From positions 1 to 64,000 of the forward strand of contig NW_024055441.1 in NCBI RefSeq assembly GCF_902713615.1: a DNA stretch of 64,000 nt, read 5' to 3'. The position numbers and the translations under genes were made by a program. Position 1 is the first letter of the stretch; each line of letters opens with the position of its first letter. The notes beneath the pieces were generated by a model. That model saw only the letters and a program-made list of their open reading frames with translations, was not told the DNA's origin and ran no database searches. Origin of the DNA: Scyliorhinus canicula. Its lineage: Eukaryota. This document shows, piece by piece, positions 37,482-48,929 of this stretch.

Positions 37482-37684
37482 GTAAGTATTGTGGAACCTG
37501 TGACAAACAGAACCGCTTTGATTATTTTATTTACAACTTTGGTTATTTATGATACATTTATGGTACTCTGCATAGTTCTGATTCTTGGCGAAAAATATTG
37601 ACTGCAGATAAACAGTTAAAACATAATAAATCATTTTAATTGTTACAAGATCTTCTGCAAGAAATGTTAACTTGTGTTTTGAAG

Positions 37685-37996
37685 GCGGTGGAACTGACAT
37701 CCATCCAAATGTTCTCCTCACCGTGAGTTCCAATGAAGAAATCTCAAGACAGAAATTTGCAACCATCGTCTGTTCAATCAACGATTTCCGTCCAAACTCA
37801 ATTAACGTGAAGTGGCTGAAGAATGGACAACCCATGGGTTCAGGAATTGTCACCTCTCCCGCCTGTGAAGTGAACGGGAACTTCTCGGCGAGCAGTCGGC
37901 TGACAGTCTCAGCTGGGGAATGGTTCAGCAAAGCGGTCTATACCTGCCAGGTCACTCATCAAGAGGTCACCCAAAGTCACAACGTCACCGCGTCTG
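37685..37996 (+). CDS. IGHM: IgM heavy chain constant exon Cmu2
   Basis: Acceptor tgttttgaag, donor gtaaga, 312 nt open: (C)[47 protein letters not shown]...[38 protein letters not shown]. Confidence 0.96.
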
Positions 37997-38446
37997 GTAA
38001 GAGACACAAACAGGAAATAATAAATCATCCTGCACTCTGATGTTAACCCAAATCAGGAATTTACTGAAGTTAGTACAAATTACAGAATAACTTCTAATTT
38101 ACTGCCATGTAGTTTGTGTTTCATTCTGATGTCAGAGCTGCATTAGGGCTGCTCACCATTCAGGATATTACCAGAACAGCAAAAAATGTTTCCCTCTACT
38201 TTTAAATCATTTAGTGAGTGAGGTGGACTTGATATCAGTTTTATTCCGAAACAGCTGATTATATTTCAGATGCAGTGGGTGTCTTGAATCCTTTATTGAT
38301 AACGGCTCCGGGGGAAAGTGTTGAAACGTTCATCCAACCTATTTATAAATTAGCGTTCAAGACTGTGTTCCAGAGATCGGGAATTATGAATCGCATTGGG
38401 AATGCTGCAATACTGATTCATTAAAATGATACCGGGGCTAAACGAC

Positions 38447-38772
38447 TTTCACAATAATGGTTAGCACTGAGGCCTCACAGTGCCTGGGACCCGGTTCGAT
38501 ACTGACGCCGGGTGACTGTGTGGAGTTTACACCTTCTCCCCGTCTCTGCACGGGTTTCCTCTGCTTCGGTTTCCTCCCGCAGGCAAATACGTACAGGTTA
38601 GGTGAATTGGTCATGCTGAATTGTCGCTGAATGTCCAAAGATTAGGTGGGGTTGTGAGGCTACAGGGATAGGGTGGGGGAATTGCCCTAGGTAGAGTGCT
38701 CTTTCGCGGGTCGGTGCAGGCTCCATGGGCCGAATGGTCCTCTTCTGCACTGCAGTGATCTATGATTCTATA
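38447..38772 (+). mobile_element. HE1-type SINE in the Cmu2-Cmu3 intron
   Basis: tggttagcactgaggcctcacag... V core, ttctat tail. Confidence 0.78.
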
Positions 38773-38942
38773 ATAGCATTGGCAGAACACGCTGGTTTTC
38801 TTTTGTATATCGAAGATTAAAGGCGGTCTTCAGAGGTTGTTATTTCGAAGTTGATTTATTCCCATTTAGAGTTCAGGCTGAATCCTGCTGACCTGATTCT
38901 GAAGATCAAACTTGGGTTGATTTCCACTTTTTTCATTCACAG

Positions 38943-39251
38943 ATCCTTCCATTTGCACTGATGCCTCAGTAACAATACAGCCACCGCCAATAGAACAGGT
39001 CTTACTGGACGCGACTGTAACCTTAACCTGCGTCATTTCGAATGCTCCTTATGGAGTCAACGTGTCCTGGAGTGAAGCGAAGAAGCCGCTGAAATCAGAG
39101 ATTGCCGACCAGCCTGGGGCAGATACTGAGAGCGTGGTCAGCAAATTAAACATCTCCACACAAGCCTGGCTGAGTGGGGCTGTGTTTGACTGTGTGGCGA
39201 GCCATCAGGACCTGCCAACTCCTTTAAGAATTTCAATCCACAAAAAAATAG
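38943..39251 (+). CDS. IGHM: IgM heavy chain constant exon Cmu3
   Basis: Acceptor ttttcattcacag, donor gtgagc, 309 nt open: (D)[47 protein letters not shown]...[29 protein letters not shown]. Confidence 0.96.
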
Positions 39252-39464
39252 GTGAGCGGTGAGATTGAAGCAATAATTGAGCCATTGTGTCTATTTCCAG
39301 TGTCAGTGCAGCGGTCAGTATTTAGCATTCAGTGTATTTATGGTCCATTCTGATTGATAATTCCACTAACTAAATACTCTCGGCATTTAGAGTTTAAGGG
39401 GGAAATTGATATGCAGATGAATGAACAATGAATTAAACCCAGTGATATTGGGTTTAGATGGAGC

Positions 39465-40660
39465 GAGACCATAGACCACAAGACTTAGGAGCAGATGTAG
39501 GCCATTGGGCCCATCAACACCGGCCCAGCCTTCAGTGAGGTCATGACTGATCTGATGTGATAATCTTCAACTCCTCTTTCCCGCCTTATCCCCATATCTC
39601 TTGACGCCTTTACTGATTTAAAATATGTCTCTCTCAACCTTGAACATACTGAACAACCCAGACTCTACAGCCCCCTGCGTTAAATAATTCCACAGCTTCG
39701 CTACCCTCTGAGAGAGGTAATTCCTTCTCATTTCTGTCTTAAATGGGCGAACCCTTATTTTGTGATCCTGCACGCTGCTCCGAGACGCTCCCACAAGGGA
39801 AAACAACCTCTCAGCGTCTATCATAAGAAGTTCCCGGAGAATCTTTCATGTCTCACTTAGGTCGCATTCATTCTTCTAAACTCCAGTAAGTACAACCCAA
39901 CCTAGTTAGCCTCAGCTCATAAGAAAATCCCTCCATACTCGGGATCAACCTCGTGATCCTTCTCTGGACTGCCTTCAAAACCAATCTGTCTTCCTTAGAT
40001 AAGGGCAACAAAATTATCCAAAGTGTATCAGGTGTAGTCTAACTAATGCCTTGTATAGTTTTAGCCAGACTTCCCCATGTTTATATTCTATTCCCTTTTA
40101 AATAATTGTCAACATTCAATTTGCCTCCATATTACCTGCAGAATTTGCTTTTTGTAGTTTCTGCACGAGGACCCCCAATTCCCCCGTTACTTCAGCTTCC
40201 TGCAGTCTTTCTCCATCTAAATAATATTCCGTTATGTTCTTCCTCTTCCCAAAGTGGCTAACCTCACATTTTCCTACACCATATTCCATCTGCCAAGTTT
40301 TTGCTCAGTAACTTAAGCTGTCTCTGTCCCTCTATGGATTTTCTGTGATCCTCACCACTTGCCTTTCTATCTATTTTTGTAACTGCAGCCATGGCAATAG
40401 TACATTCACTTATTAAACGGAGTTTTTAAATTCATGCATATGACAAATACTGGCTCCCCTTTCTCTAACCTGCTCGTTACCACCGCAAAGAATTGCAATA
40501 CATTTGTCAGGCATGATTTACCTTCACAAAGCCGCGCTGACTCTGCTTAATTATATTCTGTACGTCTAAATGTTCAAGTATCAAGGTCACTGGCCTATAG
40601 TTACCGGATTCTGACTCCCTTCCCTTTTGAATAATGGTGTTACATTGGCAGTTTCCCAAT
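39465..40660 (-). mobile_element. Degenerate CR1 3' fragment in the Cmu3-Cmu4 intron
   Basis: Minus strand: YRPVTL...QRGFVK and RVRPFKTEMRRNYLSQRVAKLWN; CR1-type tail. Confidence 0.8.
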
Positions 40661-40963
40661 CCTTTGGGAGTAAGGTGGGAGGAGCCTGGTGTGGAGTTTA
40701 TACACCAGTACAGAACAGTTGGGCCGAATGGCCTGTTTCCCTGCTGTACACTTTCTGAAACTTTCGAATCCAATATCCGTAAATTCTCAGGGAAAAGGAT
40801 TGTGTCCACCTCTGCTCCGAGCTGGGAACCCGGACAGATCCCAATGTGGAAAATGGAAACCTTTAAAATCCAACACAAAACACATTTCTCCCACATCTAA
40901 CCCGCGGTTCCATTGTCTCCGGAATTCCCCATTTTATTGACATTTATTGTACATTTTCTGCAG

Positions 40964-41355
40964 ATCCCAATCCGCGGGAACCGTCCGTCTCTGTCCTCCT
41001 GCCCTCGGCTGAAGACGTCTCCGCTCAGAGATTCGTCTCCCTCAGCTGCTTAGTGAGAGGTTTCTCCCCCCGAGAGATCTTCGTCAAGTGGACCGTCAAT
41101 GACAAGCCGGTGAATCCCGGGAACTACAAGAACACCGAGGTGATGGCGGAGAACGGCAATAGCTCCTTCTTCATGTACAGCCTGTTATCCATTGCAGCGG
41201 AGGAGTGGGCCAGCGGCGCTTCTTACTCCTGTGTGGTGGGACATGAAGCCATCCCCTTGAAGATCATCAACAGAACGGTTGATAAATCCAGCGGTAAACC
41301 CAGTTTTGTGAACATTTCCCTCGCTCTGATGGACACCGTTAATTCATGTCAATGA
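40964..41355 (+). CDS. IGHM: IgM constant exon Cmu4 plus secretory tailpiece
   Basis: Acceptor ttttctgcag; (D)[42 protein letters not shown]...[23 protein letters not shown]. Internal donor G|gtaaac at 41294 serves the membrane form. Tail [20 protein letters not shown] has an N-glycosylation sequon and a penultimate Cys. Confidence 0.97.
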
Positions 41356-41382
41356 CAATCTATTGGTTATATTTCGAACTAT

Positions 41383-41396
41383 AATAAAATAATAAA
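41383..41396 (+). terminator. Secretory-form polyadenylation signals (two AATAAA)
   Basis: AATAAA at 41383 and 41391, about 30 nt after the secretory stop. Confidence 0.85.
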
Positions 41397-41814
41397 GTTT
41401 TTTTCCTCCAATTGTGATTTAAATACACAGCCGCTTAATTAATGGTGCTTCCACTTTGCTGATATTAGATCTGTTCAATGAGACCCGGATTTCTACAGGT
41501 CTCGGCACCAAGTCTGATACAACCAGTGGTCCCAGCTCAGATACACCCTGGGTTAGAGACAGAGTAAAACTCATTCATTCCAGGATTCAGCAAAATATCT
41601 TCATTGACTTTCCTCCCGCTGAGGAGAAATCGGACAATTTCCCATTTCAGACAAATAAACATCACATTTAAATCTCGGTGTTCCTGCTTCTCCCATTGTC
41701 CATCCCTTTAAAATGAATGTCAGCTTTAAGTTGCTGTATCACACCCACTGCAAACTGAATTGCGGGTCACACAGAAACATGGACCAGCAATCTCCAGTCA
41801 AAGAGAGGAGAAAG

Positions 41815-42560
41815 TGAAATTGTTAATCCACTGTAACCCACTTCCCCAACAGAGAGGGGGAGGGGCATTAGTTAATCCACTTTACCCCGACTTCACCAAC
41901 AAAGAGGGGGAGGGGCATTAGGCAATCCACTGTACCCCACTTCCTCAACAGAGAGAGGGGGAGGGGCATTAGTTAATCCACTGTACCCCCACTTCCTCAA
42001 CAGAGAGAGGGGGAGGGGCATTAGTTAATCCACTGTACCCTCACTTCCCCAATAGAGAGAGGGGGAGGGGCATTAGTTAATGCACTTTACCCCCACTTCC
42101 CCAATAGAGAGAGGGGGAGGGGCATTAGTTAATCCACTGTACCCCTACTTCCTCAACAGAGGGAGGGGGAGGGGCATGAGTTAATCCACTTTACCCCCAC
42201 TTCCCCAATAGAGAGAGGGGGAGGGGCATTAGTTAATCCACTGTAACCCAATTCCACAGCAAAGAGAGGAAAAGGGGCATTACTTAATGCACTGTACCCC
42301 CACTTCCCAGGCAAAGAGAGGGGATTAGTTAACACAGTGTACCTCCACTTCCCCAGCAAAGAGAGGGGGAGGGGCATTAGTTAACACACTGTACCTCAAT
42401 TTCCCCAGCAAAGAGAGGGGGAGGGGCATTAGTTAACACACTGTACCCTCACTTCCCCAGCAAAGAGACGGTGGGGCCTGAGTAATCCACTGTGCACCCG
42501 CTTCCAACAATGAGTGGAGCGGCATTATTTAATCCACTGTTCCCACACGTCCCCAACAAA
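41815..42560. repeat. 52-bp minisatellite (about 13 copies) between the secretory polyA site and TM1
   Basis: Unit agagagagggggaggggcattagttaatccactgtacccccacttcctcaac; period 52 measured at 41941 and 41993. Confidence 0.9.
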
Positions 42561-43362
42561 GTGAGCAAAGGGGCAATAAATGGAGGGCCATTTTACCTCC
42601 ACTATCCCGACCAAAAGAGGAGAAAGGTGATGAGTGAACTCTCTGTATCTCCACCTCCAGCAGGGAGAACCCAAAGGCAATTTGCTGAGCTGACCAGAGA
42701 GAGGGAGATTATTAACTCAATTACTTCCCAGTCCCCAAGCAGGGAGTTTGGAAGTAAACGGTTCCCCAGACTAAGAACTCAGTTACTGACATAACAAGAT
42801 GGCATTTAGCTTACTGGCTGAAGGCTTTAAAAGACCATCATGATCGAGATGTTCTTAAAATATCTATTTATGCAACAGAATTCCTTTAGTGCCCTTGTTC
42901 CTCTTATCCGTATGCTGAGACCGATTCCCCATAATCTAAATCCAGACTGGTGATTGAATTCTCCCTGTTTTCACTGTTCTCTCCTGAGACACATCCTTGT
43001 ATTTTTACATTAGGTCACCTGATGTCAGCTTGCAACTCACACAAAACACATTTATAAGCAGAAAGTTCAACATGTTCTACATCGGTATCAATAATACCCA
43101 CAACTGGCAAAGTTACAGGCAGCTGATACAAATACAGACAGATATAGACACGAACACTGCACATTCATGCACACAGACCCACAAACACACACACGCTCAC
43201 ACGTAGACACAAACACACACATGGACACACACATAGAAACACATGAATAAACATACACCCAGGCACAACGAACCACACATATTTTGACACAAAACACACG
43301 CAAACGTGCGCAAAAAATCACAAGCATGCACATAAACACAAATAAACACATGTTTATACACA

Positions 43363-43576
43363 CACAGTAAGAAGTCTTACAACACCAGGTTAAAGTCCAA
43401 CAGGTTTGTTTCAAACACGAGCTTTCGGAGCACGGCTCCTTCTTCAGGTGACTCACCTGAAGAAGGAGCCGTGCTCCGAAAGCTCGTGTTTGAAACAAAC
43501 CTGTTGGACTTTAACCTGGTGTTGTAAGACTTCTTACTGTGCTCACCCCAGTCCAACGCCGGCATCTCCACATCAT
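43363..43576. mobile_element. Penelope-like pLTR remnant forming a perfect 89+1+89-bp palindrome
   Basis: Left arm 43363-43451 is the exact reverse complement of 43453-43541; continues into ...ccccagtccaacgccggcatctccacatc. Confidence 0.75.
43454..43488 (+). ncRNA. Minimal type I hammerhead ribozyme (mirror copy on the minus strand at 43416-43450)
   Basis: CAC-CUGAAGA-A-GGAGC-cgu-GCUCC-GAAA-GCUC^GUG: core boxes, 5-bp stem II, 3-bp stem I, self-complementary AGCU in place of stem III. Confidence 0.7.
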
Positions 43577-43944
43577 GTATACACACACAGACACACGTGC
43601 ACATCCACACATACACACACAAATCCACACACACAAGCGGCTACACAAATGTACACAAACAGACATATACAACCACATGTCCCCACAGATACACAAACAT
43701 ATGAAACGAGACAAGCAGACTGACTGAAGAATATGAAACACAAATGTAACCAACAACATATACAATCGCACAATTACACGATGACAGACATATTTCCATT
43801 CAAACAGAGACAATAATCCACACTAACACACTTATGGTCACACATGGACACATATTAGCATACCCATACACATTCTAGCATAAACACACATTAGTGCACA
43901 TAGAGGCATCAATACACATCAATAGGTAGTTATAAACATTCATC

Positions 43945-44275
43945 AACGCATAAATAGCACTGCTGCCACACAGCGCCATAAACCCGGGTTCAATTCCAGC
44001 CTTGGGTGATTGTCGGTGGCGAGTTTCCACGTTCTCCAGTGCCTGTTCCCGTTTCCTCCGCCTGCTCCGGTTTCCTCCCACAGTCCAAAGATGTGCAGGT
44101 TCGGTGGATTGGCCAGGCTATATTACCCCTTAGTGCCCACAACGTTAGGTGGGGTTACCAGGTTCTGGGGATAGAGCAGGGGCATGCGTCCAGGCAGACT
44201 GCTCTTTGGGAGGGTCGGTGCAGACTCAATGGGACAAATAGCCTCGTTCGGCACAGTAGGGATTATCCGATAATG
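43945..44275 (+). mobile_element. HE1-type SINE in the Cmu4-TM1 intron (another at about 44690-44880)
   Basis: tagcactgctgccacacagc...gggttcaattcc head, V core. Confidence 0.72.
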
Positions 44276-45043
44276 ATTCCATGATGAAATACACGCATCA
44301 ACAAACACACACACATACACAAACGCACTTATCCAGACAGAAACATTAAGACACTGACATGCATGTTGAACGTATAAAGACACATTAACACTTTTATTAC
44401 TGGGCAGGTAAGTATAAACTTATATTAACACAGACATTAATATATAAACATAGTCTTCAACACACAAACACACACAATAAAACACTCATATATACACATT
44501 GACAGAAGAGAAACAAAGTTCTCATACAGGCACCGACAAACAAATACACAGATCAATACTCATTGACACATGAACATACACAATGGCACTTATAAAGACA
44601 TCGGGACACACAAAAGAAGACTAAAGCAAAACACAAATTTCGCATCTACACAGACACAAAAGATGAAGAACAAACACAAACGTCAGGCAATGGCGGCACG
44701 GTGGCATAGTGGTTAGCACTGCTGCCTCACGCCACCATGGACCTGGGGTTGATCCCGCTTCTCGGTCTCTGTCCCAGTGGAGTTTCCCCGTGACCCGTGG
44801 GTCTCACCCCGACAACTCAATGATGTGCAGGGTTGGTGGATTGGCCAGGCTAACTTGCCCCTTAATTGGAAGAAAAAAGTTACAGAGATCGATTTCTGAG
44901 TGTCATGAACTCAACAGTAGATATGCAATGACAAATATATTAAAGAATGAATTAGCAGCGGGAGAAAATGAAACGAGAATATTAAAAACAAAACGTGTAT
45001 TAACAAAAAATCTGATTATATTTATTCGGCTCTATCCTCATAG

Positions 45044-45171
45044 ACACCACAGACCACACCTGGACTGAAGACAATGAGGATGATAACGGCAATATCTGGA
45101 CAACCGCTTCCACATTCATCACCCTGTTCTTCCTGAGCATTTCCTACAGCGCTGCAGTCACTCTGGTGAAG
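45044..45171 (+). CDS. IGHM: IgM transmembrane exon TM1
   Basis: Acceptor tatcctcatag, donor gtgaga; (D)TTDHTWTEDNEDDNGNIWTTASTFITLFFLSISYSAAVTLVK. Acidic spacer plus the conserved antigen-receptor TM motif; phase matches the Cmu4 internal donor. Confidence 0.95.
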
Positions 45172-45309
45172 GTGAGAAGATTCAATCCACTAACACATCA
45201 AACTGACAGAAGTCGTTTAAAAACACTAAATGTTTGATTGATTAAAAACTTTAACATCAATGTCCCAGATCATAAACATCTGCTTCATCATTTTCTCTCT
45301 CTTTTACAG

Positions 45310-45318
45310 ATCAAGTGA
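45310..45318 (+). CDS. IGHM: IgM TM2 exon (IK*)
   Basis: Polypyrimidine tract and ttttacag, then ATC AAG TGA; 138-nt intron after TM1. Confidence 0.88.
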   Translation: MK

Positions 45319-45727
45319 TGGGTTGACGTTCGGATGCTGTAGACTTTCCTCAGCTGTTTATTATGATCTGTGTGTGACAGAAATACAATATCTCCTCTTG
45401 GTGTCTCTAACAGTAAAATTCTCTCAGTTTATTATTCTGCATCTGTAACTGAGACAATCATGGACAATATTTCTGCTTTTCAGTTTAAAATGTACGAGAT
45501 AATTTTGGCTGTAATGTAATTGTAGCTAGTAATTTCTCTCAATGTCATGTCTAAATAAGTAACTTACCTCGTACCTTATTAACAACAGTTGCCTTCCCTT
45601 TATGTTGAGCTCCTGTTCTCTCTCTCTTGTGTCTGTTACAGTTGTACATACATTTGGCAGCTCAGAGGGCATGTGTTCTGTTCTCACTGTGACTCTCAAT
45701 CGTTATGTTCCCTTTTGTAAACATCAA

Positions 45728-45768
45728 AATAAACTTTTGTGCAATATTTTCTCTGAAATTTTAATAAA
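45728..45768 (+). terminator. Membrane-form polyadenylation signals
   Basis: AATAAA at 45728 and 45763, about 410-450 nt after the TM2 stop. Confidence 0.7.
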
Positions 45769-46124
45769 TATTGAATGAAAAACGAAGACAGTAAGACTAA
45801 TCTGAACTCCTTTCTCTATGGTCCATCGGCACCGCTCCACTTCCCCGATTATACAGTTTGCTCCCCTTTCCCAGACAGATATTTCTCACCAGTCCTGTCT
45901 GGGATGTGTCTGAACTCAAGGCCCCTCAGTGAAAGAGCCACTGTGCCACCAAGTGGCCTATCCGGGTTAAGACACCTTCACCTTTGCCTTTTTATGGTAA
46001 ACTCCAGAGACAGAATGATTTCACAGCTGATGGAAGAAATGTCTCCTCACCTCTGTCCTAAATTTTAACCCCTACCTCTGAGAATATGCCTCTGGTCCCA
46101 GACTCTCCCACAAGAGGAAACAAG

Positions 46125-46420
46125 ATGATTGTTCAGGCTGTGTAACTGGTTGAAGCTCTTTCCACAGTCAGTTCACTGGAACTCTCTCACTCAGGTGTGT
46201 GTGTGTCTCGGGGCGTTTCCAGTCACACTGATGTTTGAAATCTTTTCCCACAGTCAGAACAGACAAACACATTGACAGTTTGATATTTAGATGCTAATGA
46301 ATTGAGTGACTGTCAGATCTTGATGTTATATTTGGTTCGAGTTGCCCAGCTGCCAATCCTCCCGTTCTAATGCCTGAAAAAGAAGTTTACAAAAATGATC
46401 ACTAGAAGAACAGGGTAGAA
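46125..46420 (-). pseudogene. ZNF exon-start remnant with degenerate first fingers
   Basis: Minus strand: acceptor ttttcag, module ...aactcgaaccaaatataacatcaagatctgacag..., then FVCSDCGKRFQTSV*. Confidence 0.6.
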
Positions 46421-46529
46421 ATTCACAACAGATCATTTTAATTTCTATCAAACCTTCTTTCCTCTCTTGCTTTCCCCAAGCATGTGGTCCAGTCAAATTA
46501 AAAGACCAAAATCAGCTAGAAGCCCCAAC

Positions 46530-46795
46530 AAAAGTGTGACTGCCTGTGCGGAGTCTGCCCGTTCCCATCGTGTCTGCGTGGGTTTCCTCCGGGTGCTCCG
46601 GTTTCCTCCCACAGTCCAAAGATGGGCAGGTCAGGTGGATTGGCCATGCTAAATTGCCCTTATGTTAGATGGGGTTGCTAGGTTACAGGGATGGGGTGGA
46701 GGCGTGGTCTTAAGTAGGGTGCTCTTTCCAAGAGCCAGTGCAGACTTGATGGGCTGAATGGCCTCCTTCTGCACTATAAATTCTATGATGATATC
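46530..46795 (+). mobile_element. 5'-truncated HE1-type SINE
   Basis: V core and gggctgaatggcctccttctgcactataaattctatg tail. Confidence 0.75.
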
Positions 46796-46813
46796 TCTAT
46801 GTATTGAACAATC

Positions 46814-47588
46814 CAGGGAGGTGGGAGGGAGGCAGTGAAATGAGAGCCGGAAGGAAGGCGCGGGTTGCATTAACGAACATGGTATCTCCAGGAGTAGGGA
46901 ACGAGGAGAATAAAGATGAAAGACAGGAGCAACGGCAGAAGCGGAGGTGAGCGCGAGGCGGCAGCGAGATCTGTCCGGGAGAAACAAGCGACAACACCAA
47001 CACCAAACCCATTTGAGTATTGCCCACTGTAATTGTTTCTCCGGCACCCAAATGTATATTTACCTCCCCAATCTGTCCCCCCTCCCTCCCACCGCCCCCC
47101 CCCCCCCCCCACCCGCCCGCAAACAGTCGATTACTTATGTGTTGTAAATAATTTTGCCAGGTGTACCAAGTTGCTGCTGTTGAGCTGGTGCACAATACCC
47201 TACCAGTTATTCTATTTTATTTTTTATTGTATTTTTTTTAATTATTCACTATTTTCTTTTCTTTGGTATGTTGGGGTGTGTCCTTCTCTTCTATACATGT
47301 GTGAAAATGAAATGAAATGAAAATGAAAATCGCTTATTGTCAGGAGTAGGCTTCAATGAAGTTACTGTGAAAAGCCCCTAATCGCCACATTCCAGCGCCT
47401 GTCGGGGAGGCTGGTACGGGAATCGAACCGTGCTGCTGGCCTGCCTTAAAAGCCAACGATTTAGCCTGGTGAGCTAAACCAGCCCAGTGTGGTGCGTGTA
47501 TATTTATATATGTTTCTTATCCTGTGTACATAACGGTAAATATACTTTGTTCAAAAACCCAAAAAAAAACATTTACCAAAAAAAAATC
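46814..47588 (+). mobile_element. Poly(A)-tailed insertion with 12-14-bp TSD (L1-type retroposition) and a nested SINE
   Basis: tattgaacaatc at 46802-46813 and 47589-47600; A-rich tail at about 47553-47586; SINE on the minus strand at about 47325-47485. Confidence 0.6.
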
Positions 47589-48489
47589 TATTGAACAATC
47601 AGCGAGTCACCCTGAAATCTGCATCACAATGCCCGGGTGATTGACGGCAGCTCCAGACCAATAGGAAGAGGAGGGGCTGTACTGGAGGGCCGAGCGGGAG
47701 CGGCTGGTCCTCCAACCAATCGGAGTGAACGAGGGGCGGGGCCCGCTGTGATTGAAGCATGCGCAGTGTGGGTCATGCCGATGAAGAAGGACGTCATTTT
47801 CAGATTGGAAATCGGTATGAGGCGTTTAACAATACGGAGGGAGCGAGAGATCGCGGGGGTGGGCGGAAACGTTGTGTAAAGCTGTTGCAATCGCAAACTC
47901 TGAAATGTTTACGGGACCCAGTTTATACTGAGTGGAGCTGCAGCTCCTCATGTTCGGCTCGGGTTAACGGCCGCCATCTTTATTGGATGTGCAGCAGGGC
48001 GCATGCGCGTTTCTCATTTTTGTCGGGGCGATGTTTCAATGAGTGGGAGGAGCTTGTTCCCCATTGTTCAGAATGGAGACAACTTGTCCATCAAACTGGA
48101 TTAGACTTTGAGTCCCAATGTCTACTTGATGATGCAAAGCGGTGGCATGGATGGAAAGAAAACGAAGCCAATCTTGCTCTCCAGATTTCACTGTCTCATT
48201 GGACATCCTGCCCCACTAAGCTCTGCGGCTCTGTTCAGTCAGATGAAGACCCAGGGCAGAAACTCTCAACCCTGAGTCAGCATCACCCTCAAATCAGGGG
48301 ACTGCTGATGACAACGAGAGTCAGTGTGCAGTGGGGTGCATGAGCGGTCATCCTGCACCAGGGAGCAGGAGGAGAGAACGTTGTGAATTTCTATCCCGAA
48401 CTGACTGATTGATTTTGGAAACTCCTTTTACAGGTGGTTAGTAGGAGAGGATTTACACACAGTAAATGCAAACCAGGAGAAATGTTTAC

Positions 48490-48925
48490 CCCGGCTCTGT
48501 GTCACTGTGTGTGAAGTTTGCACATTCTCCCCGTGTCGGCGTGGGTTTCAGTTCCACAACCCAAAGATGTCCAGGGTAGGTAGATTGGCCACGCTAAATT
48601 GCCCCTCAATTGGAAAAAATGAATTGGGCACTCTAAATTCATATTTTAAAAAAACATTAACACTGCAATGAAGTTACTGCGAAAAGCCCCTGGTCGCCAC
48701 ATTCCGGCGCCTGTTCGAGTACACAGAGGGAGAATTCAGAATGTCCAAATTACTTAACAGCATGTCTTTCAGGGCTTGTGGGATTTAACCAAAGCACCCG
48801 GAGGAAACCCATGAAGACATAGGAAGAACATGCAGACTCCGCACAGACAGTGACCCAAGCCAGGAATCGAACCTGGGACCCTGGAACTGTGAAGCAACAG
48901 TGTTACCCGCTGTGCTACAGATACT
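48490..48925. mobile_element. Two SINE fragments tail-to-tail (plus 48490-48655, minus 48656-48925)
   Basis: Both carry the V core; opposite orientation. Confidence 0.7.
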
Positions 48926-48929
48926 GCCC

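Larger units (their letters stand above)
43130..44700. repeat. CA-rich low-complexity tract
   Basis: Degenerate (CA)n/acacaaac repeats hosting the palindrome and SINEs. Confidence 0.8.
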
